DNA of 18,393 nucleotides from a virus: UHGV virus genome UHGV-1280364; one strand, 5' to 3'. Shown piece by piece: positions 1 to 7,802 of this stretch (position 1 is its first letter; each line of letters starts with the position of its first letter). The notes under the pieces were generated by a model. It saw only the letters and a program-made list of their open reading frames with translations, ran no database searches and was not told where the DNA came from. The position numbers and the translations under genes were made by a program.

Positions 1-239
1 GCAATCTGTCCGTTATATACAGGGTAACCAGCAGCGTTAATGATGATTGGTTGCGAAACAGGGATGTGAGAACCGTCTTCGTTCTCCACACAAACCTGAA
101 TCTGGTTTTCAGGATTTACCGGGTCAGTGTCAATTTTACCGATATAAATTTTGCCATTGGCTACGGCTTTAAAAGAACGCGCCATAGTGAAGAGTTGCGA
201 AGGCATCGATACGATCACATTGGCTGTAATGTCTGTCAT
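1..239 (-). CDS. Tailspike protein, N-terminal head-binding domain (partial; continues beyond left edge)
   Basis: Minus-strand translation from ATG at 239..237 gives [46 protein letters not shown]..., matching the conserved N-terminus of P22/Sf6/HK620 tailspikes as I recall it. GGAG lies 9 nt upstream. Not in the ORF track because it is truncated by the window edge. Confidence 0.88.
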   Translation of the reverse strand, partial: MTDITANVIVSMPSQLFTMARSFKAVANGKIYIGKIDTDPVNPENQIQVCVENEDGSHIPVSQPIIINAAGYPVYNGQI

Positions 240-297
240 TTAATTTGCTCCAGATACAAGGAATCGCCGCAGCATGGCTACGGTGAATTTTGGGCAT

Positions 298-320
298 AAA
301 AAAACCCAGCCGAAGCTGGG
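298..320 (-). terminator. Rho-independent terminator downstream of ant
   Basis: GC stem cccagc/gctggg (305-310 and 315-320) with a cgaa loop, followed on the minus strand by a 7-nt U-run (plus-strand A-run 298-304). Lies between the ant stop (340) and the tailspike start (239). Confidence 0.7.
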
Positions 321-339
321 TCGTTGCGTTGGTTATCTG

Positions 340-1275
340 TCAGTAGTTATGTACTGAAGGAGGTAATTCTTTATTCTTAAGTCTCATCCATGCGGAAAGA
401 TTCGTTGGTCCGTCTGGCTCATTAATATCAACATCTCGTGTGTGATTGATTAAAACGTCTCTCGCCATTCCGATAACATACGAGAACTCATGACCGTAGT
501 CGTAGCATCTGCCGGAATAGTTCGATTGAATTTGTTTTAGCGCCGGATACAGTTCGCGGAATAATGCCTGTGAGCGGTTGGCATAATCCCATAACCATAC
601 AAGGCTGTTTGCTTCTTTTGCAGAAAGCTCGCTGGTTTTCTTCTCTTGTTTGCCAATGAACTCACCTTCAAGTGGAACTCGAGCTGCAAGTGATAGTGCT
701 TCGGTAAACTGCTCCTCACTGATTTCTTTGTACGAACATCCAAAATGGGATTTCAGTGACGACCACATGGTGATCATCGCCTTCGCCTGTTTTTCTTTTG
801 GCAGAGACTGACCGCGGCTCATGACGAGTTGTTTAATGGCTTCCTGCTGTTCAGTGGTAATTTTACCCGGCAACGCCTTTTTAGCTTTGCGTGGGTTAAC
901 TACATGGCCTTTAGTCCAGTAGTCATGCAGCACGCTAAAGCATTCCTCCTGGTACTGAATCAGTTTATCGCGGATGTCAGCTCGAACTTTCTCAGGGTTG
1001 ATGCTGAACAGCCATCCATTTAACTTCTTCAGCGGGATGCATAAAAGCTTACGTAACTTGCCATCAGCGGCAACCATAGAGATATCTCTACAGTTGAATT
1101 TGTCCTTCATTTTACGCAACTTAACAGATTGACCAGTCCAGTCGATACCAATGTTTTCCACAATTTGACGCATCGCTACATAAGTCACTCCGGCAGCCAC
1201 AGCGGTTAAAATCTGCTGACCATTGAAAGGCACGTAAGAGGTGTTCACTGCTTCTAAAATTGCTATACTATTCAT
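340..1275 (-). CDS. ant: Antirepressor Ant-like protein (312 aa from the MNSIAIL start)
   Basis: Sits immediately downstream of arc and upstream of tailspike, as in P22 immI. The N-terminus ([46 protein letters not shown]) resembles AntA-type antirepressor domains. Start at 1275 chosen because GGAG lies 10 nt upstream; the ORF-track start at 1341 is an in-frame upstream extension. Confidence 0.7.
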   Translation of the reverse strand: MNSIAILEAVNTSYVPFNGQQILTAVAAGVTYVAMRQIVENIGIDWTGQSVKLRKMKDKFNCRDISMVAADGKLRKLLCIPLKKLNGWLFSINPEKVRADIRDKLIQYQEECFSVLHDYWTKGHVVNPRKAKKALPGKITTEQQEAIKQLVMSRGQSLPKEKQAKAMITMWSSLKSHFGCSYKEISEEQFTEALSLAARVPLEGEFIGKQEKKTSELSAKEANSLVWLWDYANRSQALFRELYPALKQIQSNYSGRCYDYGHEFSYVIGMARDVLINHTRDVDINEPDGPTNLSAWMRLKNKELPPSVHNY

Positions 1276-1337
1276 GTTGGTTTTTCTCCACGAATTTACC
1301 GACAACCGAAGCCCTGACTGTTCCCGCAGTTGGGGCT

Positions 1338-1607
1338 TCAACGTTTTTCCACTTCATTTTGAATTTGCTTAAGTAGCATATTTGTCTCGTCAAGCCTCTT
1401 GTTAATACGGTCAAGGCTTTCTACTAAATCGTTATGTGCATGTGATACTTCGTAATTTGAGACTGATTTTTTTTCCTCTATCGTCTTTGTCAATCGTTCC
1501 CCTGATTGATACATATTGATTAACGATGTAAAAATCACGAGCAAGCAAACTACAATGATTGCGCCAGACAAAAATTGTAAAGAACGATCAAGCAATGACA
1601 CCTTCAT
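1338..1607 (-). CDS. Small membrane protein (89 aa): N-terminal transmembrane helix plus predicted coiled coil, function unknown
   Basis: Start ATG overlaps the arc stop as ATGA (1607..1604), suggesting translational coupling. Hydrophobic segment [24 protein letters not shown] followed by a charged helical tail. No family recognised. Confidence 0.5.
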   Translation of the reverse strand: MKVSLLDRSLQFLSGAIIVVCLLVIFTSLINMYQSGERLTKTIEEKKSVSNYEVSHAHNDLVESLDRINKRLDETNMLLKQIQNEVEKR

Positions 1608-1762
1608 ACCGTAATCCCCTCTCTCTTCAGGCTGTCCATTACTCGCTTGTAAATCTCAGAGTTAACAGATCGCCCGTTCTCTTCCGCCACCTTACGCACC
1701 AAATCCAATACTTCTTTAGGCCACCGCAAATTGAACTGCGGCATTTTGCTCATTCCTTTCAT
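1604..1762 (-). CDS. arc: Arc transcriptional repressor (ribbon-helix-helix, 52 aa)
   Basis: Translation [52 protein letters not shown] is near-identical to P22 Arc as recalled. Start at the internal Met of the 73-aa track ORF, with GAGG upstream. Confidence 0.95.
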   Translation of the reverse strand: MKGMSKMPQFNLRWPKEVLDLVRKVAEENGRSVNSEIYKRVMDSLKREGITV

Positions 1763-1776
1763 ATTTACCTCACAAT

Positions 1777-1797
1777 ATAGGTCCACCGTGGACCTAT
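1777..1797. promoter_or_regulatory. Mnt operator (O-mnt), perfect 21-bp palindrome
   Basis: ataggtccaccgtggacctat is a perfect palindrome containing the P22 Mnt operator core AGGTCCACGGTGGACCT. Located at the predicted start of the leftward ant transcript. Confidence 0.85.
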
Positions 1798-1825
1798 TGA
1801 GAATATAGTAGAGTGCTTCTATCAT
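1797..1825 (+). promoter_or_regulatory. Putative Pmnt promoter (rightward)
   Basis: TTGAGA (1797-1802), 17-nt spacer, TATCAT (1820-1825), about 28 nt upstream of the mnt ATG. Overlaps the Arc operator and faces Pant. Confidence 0.55.
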
Positions 1826-1830
1826 GTCAA
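1802..1830 (-). promoter_or_regulatory. Putative Pant promoter (leftward, drives arc and downstream genes)
   Basis: On the minus strand: TTGACA (plus 1825-1830), 17-nt spacer, TATATT (plus 1802-1807). The Arc operator overlaps the spacer and -10; the Mnt operator lies just downstream. Confidence 0.65.
1805..1825. promoter_or_regulatory. Arc operator (O-arc)
   Basis: Reverse complement of 1805-1825 is ATGATAGAAGCACTCTACTAT, the 21-bp P22 arc operator sequence as I recall it. Confidence 0.85.
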
Positions 1831-1852
1831 TACACTAACTTGGGGTGATGGC

Positions 1853-2101
1853 ATGGCTAGAGACGATCCGCACTTTAACTTCCGTATGCCTTTGGAAGTA
1901 AGAGAAAAATTGAAATTAAGAGCAGAGGCTAACGGAAGGTCAATGAACTCTGAGTTATTACAAATCGTTCAGGATGCTCTCTCAAAGCCATCACCGATTG
2001 CAGGCTATCGAGACGAAGCTGAACGCTTGGCTGATCAGCAAGCAGAAATTGTTAAGAAGATGGTGTTTGAAACCCTGAAAAAAATGTACGAGACCAGATA
2101 G
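1853..2101 (+). CDS. mnt: Mnt repressor (maintenance of lysogeny; represses Pant)
   Basis: Translation MARDDPHFNFRMPLEVREKLKLRAEANGRSMNSELLQIVQDALSKPSP... is near-identical to P22 Mnt (82 aa) as recalled. Transcribed divergently from arc. Confidence 0.95.
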   Translation: MARDDPHFNFRMPLEVREKLKLRAEANGRSMNSELLQIVQDALSKPSPIAGYRDEAERLADQQAEIVKKMVFETLKKMYETR

Positions 2102-2143
2102 GTCAATGTTTGTTCGTTGATATAAAATAACAAGGTATACATT

Positions 2144-2743
2144 GTGATTGAGATAGGCGTTATGGCCATCCTGAATCAAGAGCCAGGAAAAATTGAAAAC
2201 GTTTTTTCTGACATATCAACATCTATCGAGCGTTCAATTTCAGACTTTGATCGCAGTCATAGCGGCTCTTTGTCTAAAAAACAGGCTTCTGAAGCTCTTA
2301 GCAAGATCTACTGCGTTATGTCACCTGTAGAGGAAGTTTGCAAAAAGTACATTACATTCATTGACATATTAAGTAATGGTACGGAAGAAGATATTTCCTC
2401 ACTTGATATTCAACATGACGATGTAGATATGTTGAACGATCAAATATCTAAGCTTGATTATGGTATCGCGAAACTGTTGTATACCTTCTTCATCGCTGAG
2501 AACAGCGATGCGTGGAAGCCCCATATGTCAACTCTTACAACAATGAAAAACCACTCAATAAATACTTTTATAGAATACAAAAGGCTAACTATGGGGCTTG
2601 TGACGCTAGCAATGCAGCACATACCACTATCATATGCTGAACCTGAAGAGTTCACTGAAGAAGAGTTGGCTTCATTCAAGAAATCAGTTGAAGATTCACA
2701 TAAAAGATTTGGCATGGAAGCACCAAAATGGAAAACCGCATAA
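2144..2743 (+). CDS. Hypothetical acidic protein (199 aa), candidate partner or antitoxin of the downstream YafO-like gene
   Basis: Complete ORF 42 nt downstream of mnt in AT-rich DNA. GTG start at 2144 with AAGG upstream; alternative ATG at 2162. Its stop overlaps the start of the next gene (ATGGAAAACCGCATAA). No family recognised. Confidence 0.55.
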   Translation: MIEIGVMAILNQEPGKIENVFSDISTSIERSISDFDRSHSGSLSKKQASEALSKIYCVMSPVEEVCKKYITFIDILSNGTEEDISSLDIQHDDVDMLNDQISKLDYGIAKLLYTFFIAENSDAWKPHMSTLTTMKNHSINTFIEYKRLTMGLVTLAMQHIPLSYAEPEEFTEEELASFKKSVEDSHKRFGMEAPKWKTA

Positions 2744-2820
2744 GCATTGTTGTAGATGCAGCGGCTGGACCATTAGAACAATACTTTGCTTATGCGGTTT
2801 TTCATTGTTGTAAGAGTTGA
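2728..2820 (+). pseudogene. Truncated 5' copy of the YafO-like gene (30 codons, ends in junction sequence)
   Basis: ATG at 2728 encodes MENRISIVVDAAAGPLEQYFA, identical to the first 21 residues of the complete ORF at 2961, then diverges into the junction and terminates at 2820. Confidence 0.6.
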
Positions 2821-2823
2821 CAT

Positions 2824-2976
2824 ATGGGGCTGGTGACGCTAGCAATGCAGCACATACCACTATCATATGCTGAACCTGAAGAGTTCACTGAAGAAGAGTT
2901 GGCTTCATTCAAGAAATCAGTTGAAGATTCACATAAAAGATTTGGCATGGAAGCACCAAAATGGAAAACCGCATAA
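2824..2976 (+). CDS. Duplicated mini-ORF encoding the C-terminal 50 residues of the 199-aa protein (possibly expressed fragment)
   Basis: The second repeat copy starts exactly at an ATG, giving MGLVTLAMQHIPLSYAEPEEFTEEELASFKKSVEDSHKRFGMEAPKWKTA. It keeps the same 16-nt overlap with the downstream gene start as the full-length ORF. No obvious ribosome-binding site, and below the ORF-track length cutoff. Confidence 0.3.
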   Translation: MGLVTLAMQHIPLSYAEPEEFTEEELASFKKSVEDSHKRFGMEAPKWKTA

Positions 2977-3380
2977 GCATTGTTGTAGATGCAGCGGCTG
3001 GACCATTAGAACAATACTTTGCGAAGGCTCTTGCAAACTACAAAAACAGAGGCACCGTTTCAGTTTATCTTGGTAAGATTGGTGGGTTTGAGAGAAACCA
3101 TCACGCCGTCTTATCGGGAATTTACAAGTCGCACATCAGGATCCCTGGAGTAGATGACCCTTGGTTAAAAACAACGCCAATACATCGTAGAGTTAGCGAT
3201 AACTTTTTGATATTTGCGGTACACAACACATATCCAATTCATATCCAGATCATTGCTATCATTAAACCTGATGGTCATGAGAAGGTAAAAAAACTATTGC
3301 CAGCCATCATTGATATAACTGAAAAAAGATTCCAATCTCTAAATGAGAGGGAGCTTAACTCGTTGATTTCATACAAATAA
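2961..3380 (+). CDS. YafO-like toxin candidate (139 aa; putative ribosome-dependent mRNA interferase family)
   Basis: The C-terminal half (NFLIFAVHNTYPIHIQIIAIIKPDGHEKVKKLLPAIIDITEKRF) resembles the E. coli YafO C-terminus as I recall it (...HLVYCQGAFDEQAWLLIAILKPEPHKLARD...KMAEAFRMRF). Start overlaps the stop of the upstream ORF. Based on recalled similarity only, not a search. Confidence 0.5.
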   Translation: MENRISIVVDAAAGPLEQYFAKALANYKNRGTVSVYLGKIGGFERNHHAVLSGIYKSHIRIPGVDDPWLKTTPIHRRVSDNFLIFAVHNTYPIHIQIIAIIKPDGHEKVKKLLPAIIDITEKRFQSLNERELNSLISYK

Positions 3381-3402
3381 AATATCAACTAAGGAGGTTG
3401 GT

Positions 3403-3732
3403 GTGCTTGAATGGTTTCTGTTGTCTGCATTAGTCGTTTCTGGTTTGGTGTATGAGTATCGAATGCACTATCTAACAAAAAAAATAGGAATTCTAGAAAA
3501 CGAATATTGTGCTCTCAAATCCTCACTGGAACGTGAGCAAGGAGACTTAAAAATCTCTCTGTCTAGCATTGAGCGTTCTATAGAGAGCCTAGAGGATAAG
3601 GTTGATCGTATAAAGAATGAGGATATTCATGATATTAAGGACGACATATCCTTCTTAAAATCTTGGTTGAAAAATGTTGGGAAAATTGCCACATCAACAC
3701 GAGATAAGCTCAATCCATCCATGGATGACTAA
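3403..3732 (+). CDS. Small membrane protein (109 aa): N-terminal transmembrane helix plus coiled coil, function unknown
   Basis: AGGAGG at 3392-3397, 5 nt before a GTG start. Hydrophobic N-terminus LEWFLLSALVVSGLVY followed by a heptad-rich charged region. Its stop directly abuts the convergent gp16-like stop (3733). Confidence 0.55.
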   Translation: MLEWFLLSALVVSGLVYEYRMHYLTKKIGILENEYCALKSSLEREQGDLKISLSSIERSIESLEDKVDRIKNEDIHDIKDDISFLKSWLKNVGKIATSTRDKLNPSMDD

Positions 3733-5844
3733 TTACTCCTGTGCCATTCCGCTTAGCGATGCCACAATACCAGCCCTCGCTAAGCGCTGAAACTCTTCGT
3801 TTCCGACTGTATCACGTATTGCTTTTACGGCGGCCTTATTTGCCATAAATCTGCGTTCCGCCGCCAGTAATGCTTCTTTGCTTCCGCCTGCTCTTACTGC
3901 TTTGGTGGCTTCCTGAACAGCTTTCTCTATCGCATATCGACCACTACGTGTGGTGGCAATTTTAGATACAGCGCCTTTTAACCCAGCGCCAACTAAAGCA
4001 CCTGCGGCAGCGCCTGCAATGCCCCCTCCTGCTCCACCAACAATGGCACCTGATGTTGAGTTAGCAATTGCATTTAACACTGTTGATGTGACGTTGGATA
4101 AACCAGCATCCAGATCGCGTAGTACATTGGCAGTTCTCCCTGTTCTTTCAATATACTGCTGAGGTTTCACTGCTGCTCTTGCAAGAGTGCCATATGCATC
4201 TGCAATTCTTCCAAGCTCTGAGGAATATCGGCTAATGGCTTTTACATTTTGTGGAGTGAGTATCTCTGCGATATGGTTAATTCCTGCTGCATCAGCTTTG
4301 CCACCACGTACACCATGCGAGATAGCATCTTGCAACATTGATGATATAGCAGGAACACGCTCTGATTCTGGCAGCGCGCGGATCATAGAATGGAATCCAG
4401 CAGGACCATTAAGACCTTTAGCTGACGATGATTGAAGGGATTTTACTCCATTCGTAATCAGTGCATCTGTTGCCAAATCACGCCCGAAAACAGACTCTGC
4501 ACTCTCTTGTGCTGATAACCTCGCTTTAGACAGATCATTAGCTTTTTGCCAGTCATCAAGAAATCCGCCGTTTTCCGCCATTGTGCGCATATCATCAGTA
4601 ATTGCCCGGCGTATTTCCCCTGCTCTCCTTGCCGCATTTGCCTCTCCGCTACGCTTATATTTTTGCTCCGCATCAGCAAATTTCGCTCTCCATGCTTTCA
4701 TGCCATCAAATGTTACTCCACCTTGATTGTTTGCCTGAACAAACTGTTTCATTTCAGGAGTAAGCGGTATGCCAGCAGATCGCTCTGCCTGAATAACGGC
4801 ATTACCATTTAGCATTCTTGATTTTTGATTTGGCATTGTTGACCGCACGTCATCCCATGCCGCGCGCTCGGCATCCTTCATCTGATCAAGATTTTGAAGA
4901 ATCCTTTGTTTTATAGCCGCACTTTTTTCTGATGCCGTTCCAGATGCGGCCCCAAATTCATCAAGGTTTCGACTTAACTTTGATGATATTTCGTTAAATG
5001 CTGCCTGATGGGCGTCCTGAACGATTCCTGGTGTTGATGCCAATGCGCCTTCGGCTTGTGCAATTCCACGACTTCCTGATCGCATTCCTGGTGTTAATGC
5101 GTTTATATCAATTCCAGCAGACTCAGCCGCTTTTGCTACATCTTCGGACACATTAGCGGCCTGACTGGCAATTGACTGACGCCCAGCACCTGACTTTGCC
5201 ATCCTGGAAACATCATTAGCAGAATTCAGTGCTGCACCACCAAGAGCCTGTGAAACCCTTGGAGCAATAACGCGCCCGACACCTGAAAGAACGCCTTGAG
5301 CACCAATATTGATACCACCGTTAATGGCAGCATTTTGTGCAAAGTCGCCCTCCTGATTTGCAGCATCAGCAAGTGAACCTGCAATCATGTTTCCTGCGGA
5401 ACCGATATCTCCAGCGAGCTTTGCTGGCGCTCCAGCAGCTTTTGCCGCTGTGCCAATTGGCAGGAGATACCCACCAATTGTTTCACCGGCTTGCGCGTAA
5501 GGGTCTGTCGGTCGATCGACAGGGCGATAAACATCATCCAAAACCTTGGGGCCACCAAGCCCTTGGCTGATTGCATTAATCAGACTTGCGCCACCCTGCA
5601 ATACGTCAAATGGTATGTTTACCAGACCACGACCAGCCTGTTCTGCAATTTGCCCTGCACTTTGACCACCAGTGAGCCAGTCAGTAGCTTTTCCCACCAG
5701 AGATTGTTCTTCTGGCTGCGATTGGTTTTGAGTGGATTGATCACCAGAAGACAGCATCTGAGCAATGCGACGTGCTCCCTCAGTATCGCCGGCAGCATCA
5801 GCATTCCTTAACGCCGTCATCAACTGTTCACGACTATAGGCCAT
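3733..5844 (-). CDS. Ejection (DNA transfer) protein, P22 gp16-like (703 aa)
   Basis: Last gene of the late operon before the accessory island, matching the gp16 position. Large Ala/Gly-rich protein. Assignment by synteny and size. Confidence 0.6.
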   Translation of the reverse strand: MAYSREQLMTALRNADAAGDTEGARRIAQMLSSGDQSTQNQSQPEEQSLVGKATDWLTGGQSAGQIAEQAGRGLVNIPFDVLQGGASLINAISQGLGGPKVLDDVYRPVDRPTDPYAQAGETIGGYLLPIGTAAKAAGAPAKLAGDIGSAGNMIAGSLADAANQEGDFAQNAAINGGINIGAQGVLSGVGRVIAPRVSQALGGAALNSANDVSRMAKSGAGRQSIASQAANVSEDVAKAAESAGIDINALTPGMRSGSRGIAQAEGALASTPGIVQDAHQAAFNEISSKLSRNLDEFGAASGTASEKSAAIKQRILQNLDQMKDAERAAWDDVRSTMPNQKSRMLNGNAVIQAERSAGIPLTPEMKQFVQANNQGGVTFDGMKAWRAKFADAEQKYKRSGEANAARRAGEIRRAITDDMRTMAENGGFLDDWQKANDLSKARLSAQESAESVFGRDLATDALITNGVKSLQSSSAKGLNGPAGFHSMIRALPESERVPAISSMLQDAISHGVRGGKADAAGINHIAEILTPQNVKAISRYSSELGRIADAYGTLARAAVKPQQYIERTGRTANVLRDLDAGLSNVTSTVLNAIANSTSGAIVGGAGGGIAGAAAGALVGAGLKGAVSKIATTRSGRYAIEKAVQEATKAVRAGGSKEALLAAERRFMANKAAVKAIRDTVGNEEFQRLARAGIVASLSGMAQE

Positions 5845-7118
5845 TACTGCCCTCCGAGATATTTATTAATCAGGTCATCATCAGAAAGCTGCTGTTGAGA
5901 CGGTTGTATGTCCTTCCCGTATTTCTGTTGCATACGTTTCTGAGCCATCTCAGTGGTTTTTATGATTGTTTTGATAGCTGCTCTGGCTGATTTTTCAGAC
6001 TGATTTGGGGACAAACTACCAATAGCATCCATTACCTTTTGCCCCTCGGCATTACTTAAAGCCCCCATCCCTTTCATCTGCTGAATGCCAGATAAGAATC
6101 CCTGAGATTTCAGTGTGTCAACCAGAGTTTCTGTATCAGCAGCCTCTGTTCCTGGAATGAATCTACTCGATAGTGGGTTTAGGTTTGTTCCGAAATATCC
6201 CGTGAAACCCGGGCTATTAAGAACTTTTGTAGCCGTCTCTATCGTTCTGGAAAGATTATCCATTCCAGAGTTGTACGCATCAGCCTTATCTCGCTTTGCC
6301 TGCTCCATAGCTTGCTGATTCTGCAATCTCTTGTCCTGCAATTCAGCAAGTTTTAAGGCATTAGTTTCATTTGCGATGAGTCTGTCGTATTTCTTGTCCT
6401 CTAATTCCATTCGACGAAGATTGACATTTTGTTGCGCAATATTGTTGCTTGCCCACCCTCTGGCATTTGTCATGTCATTATTACGGATTGTTTCGTTAAT
6501 TCTTTGCTGCTCCTGCTGGCGACCAACCATCTTGTCCTGTAAATCCCAATACTTTTCATGGCCTAATGCAAACTGACCATATTGTCCGATAAGTTGTGAT
6601 GTTGCTTGTGGGTCTTTTTGATACATGCTGAGGAGTTGTTGTGGGTCTACCCCCTGATTAGACAATCTGGTTGCATTGTTTCCAATCCACTTGCTAAATG
6701 CATCACCCCCCATCATGGAGGCAATTTGACCGCCTGCCGCTAGATTGCCAATTTCATCACGCTGGTCTTCGTCTGCCCACTTCATACCAGACTGAATCTT
6801 CTCTAATTGACCAGGATATTTGGTCATCAGATCTCGAACCTGCTGTCGATCACCTGACTGGATGGCTGCCGCATATTCTTTTTGGAATGCAGCATCCGCT
6901 TCCTGTTGCTTTGCGGCTTGATATGTTTGAGCGACACTCCCAAGCCCCTGCAACGCCTGAAGGCCGATGTTATTGCGACCTGAGCGCTCCATTTCGTTGT
7001 TCTGGCGAATATAGGCCAACGCCTCACTTACATCACTTGCCTTTGGCGCATTTGAGTTTTGCCCACCGATACCAGCAAGAAAGCCGCCTGAGTTGATTCC
7101 TTGTTGCCAAGTAGCCAT
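5844..7118 (-). CDS. Ejection protein, P22 gp20-like (424 aa)
   Basis: Position between the gp7-like and gp16-like genes. Gln-rich protein with a coiled-coil central region. Assignment by synteny. Confidence 0.55.
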   Translation of the reverse strand: MATWQQGINSGGFLAGIGGQNSNAPKASDVSEALAYIRQNNEMERSGRNNIGLQALQGLGSVAQTYQAAKQQEADAAFQKEYAAAIQSGDRQQVRDLMTKYPGQLEKIQSGMKWADEDQRDEIGNLAAGGQIASMMGGDAFSKWIGNNATRLSNQGVDPQQLLSMYQKDPQATSQLIGQYGQFALGHEKYWDLQDKMVGRQQEQQRINETIRNNDMTNARGWASNNIAQQNVNLRRMELEDKKYDRLIANETNALKLAELQDKRLQNQQAMEQAKRDKADAYNSGMDNLSRTIETATKVLNSPGFTGYFGTNLNPLSSRFIPGTEAADTETLVDTLKSQGFLSGIQQMKGMGALSNAEGQKVMDAIGSLSPNQSEKSARAAIKTIIKTTEMAQKRMQQKYGKDIQPSQQQLSDDDLINKYLGGQ

Positions 7119-7127
7119 ATTCCCACC

Positions 7128-7802
7128 TTAAAACAATGATCCAAGACCACCGATAATACCGCCACCAATAGCGCCAACAGCTGTACCTATTCCAGGTACC
7201 ATAGAGCCAATCATCGCCCCTGATGCCGCACCGCTCATGGCACCTCCCAAGGCTGATTGCAGTCCTGATGGTCGGTTAGCATTAGCCGCAGATGCTGCTG
7301 CCTGCTGTTGATACAACTGGCTGACGTTGTTGGCGTAGTTCTGCCCGGCGTTTGCCTGACCTGTAAGAGCACCAAGGCCGATATTTGCCAGATTGTTGTA
7401 GTTATTCATCTGACCTGACAGCCAGTTTTGACCGAGTGTAGGCGCGATTGCTGCCAGCTGGTTTCCGGTTGCTGTAGAGCCTAATCCACCCGTTGCCTCT
7501 GCTGCTGCCAGACTCTGATAGCGCGCCTGCCCTGCAAGGTCTTTATACTGCTGAGAGTTGTAATACTGGTTAAGCGCCTGACCTTGCCCCTGAAGAGAGG
7601 AAAGATTCTGCAACTGTGATACGTACTGCTGAGCGAGTGGCGTGAACGGTGCAAGGTTCTGCATGTTCGTCTGCCACATTTCACGCTGCAGTTCGATACC
7701 TTTTTCAGTTGCGCGTGCCTGGGCTTTTGAACCGCCATCACTGCCACCTTTGCAGTAAACAGCTTTGCTGAGGTGCTTATTGGCAATCTGGAAAATTAAC
7801 AT
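7128..7802 (-). CDS. Ejection protein, P22 gp7-like (224 aa)
   Basis: Position and size match P22 gp7 (229 aa as I recall). Gly-rich hydrophobic C-terminus (GAIGGGIIGGLGSLF). Confidence 0.55.
   Translation of the reverse strand: MLIFQIANKHLSKAVYCKGGSDGGSKAQARATEKGIELQREMWQTNMQNLAPFTPLAQQYVSQLQNLSSLQGQGQALNQYYNSQQYKDLAGQARYQSLAAAEATGGLGSTATGNQLAAIAPTLGQNWLSGQMNNYNNLANIGLGALTGQANAGQNYANNVSQLYQQQAAASAANANRPSGLQSALGGAMSGAASGAMIGSMVPGIGTAVGAIGGGIIGGLGSLF

Larger units (their letters stand above)
2590..3022. repeat. 200-bp direct duplication (2590-2789 and 2823-3022) separated by a 33-bp composite inverted junction
   Basis: The two copies differ at one position (2599 t vs 2832 g, synonymous CTT to CTG in the ORF A frame). 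The junction 2790-2822 is built from inverted copies of nearby sequence: 2796-2829 is the reverse complement of 2519-2552, and 2787-2801 is the reverse complement of 2733-2747. Confidence 0.9.

Noticed and set aside
51-299. 82-aa plus-strand ORF at the left edge
   Set aside because: It lies antisense to the clearly recognisable tailspike N-terminus (minus strand, 1-239) and has no ribosome-binding site; spurious.
1777-1797. Hairpin terminator at the 21-bp palindrome upstream of arc
   Set aside because: No flanking U-run, and the sequence matches the Mnt operator; it is a protein-binding site.
2733-2802. Rho-independent terminator between ORF A and the YafO-like gene
   Set aside because: The 15-bp inverted repeat plus T-run could fold, but the 40-nt loop is atypical and the right arm is part of the rearrangement junction; kept as a note under the duplication finding, not called as a terminator.
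2590-3022. Template repeat / variable repeat pair of a diversity-generating retroelement
   Set aside because: The only difference between copies is T versus G, not adenine-specific; no reverse transcriptase gene in the window; the repeat spans a gene junction, not a ligand-binding C-terminus.
2867-3076. 69-aa ORF within the duplicated segment
   Set aside because: Out of frame relative to both the ORF A C-terminal copy and the YafO-like gene it overlaps; the in-frame readings explain the region better.
3950-5990. Several 60-110-aa plus-strand ORFs inside the gp16-like gene (for example 3950-4162, 4187-4435, 5491-5811)
   Set aside because: They are antisense to a long, well-supported minus-strand CDS in a GC-richer region where long antisense ORFs arise by chance.
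7481-7786. 101-aa ORF overlapping the gp7-like gene on the same strand
   Set aside because: Alternative frame of a Gly/Ala-rich coding region; the 224-aa frame matches the expected gp7 position and size.
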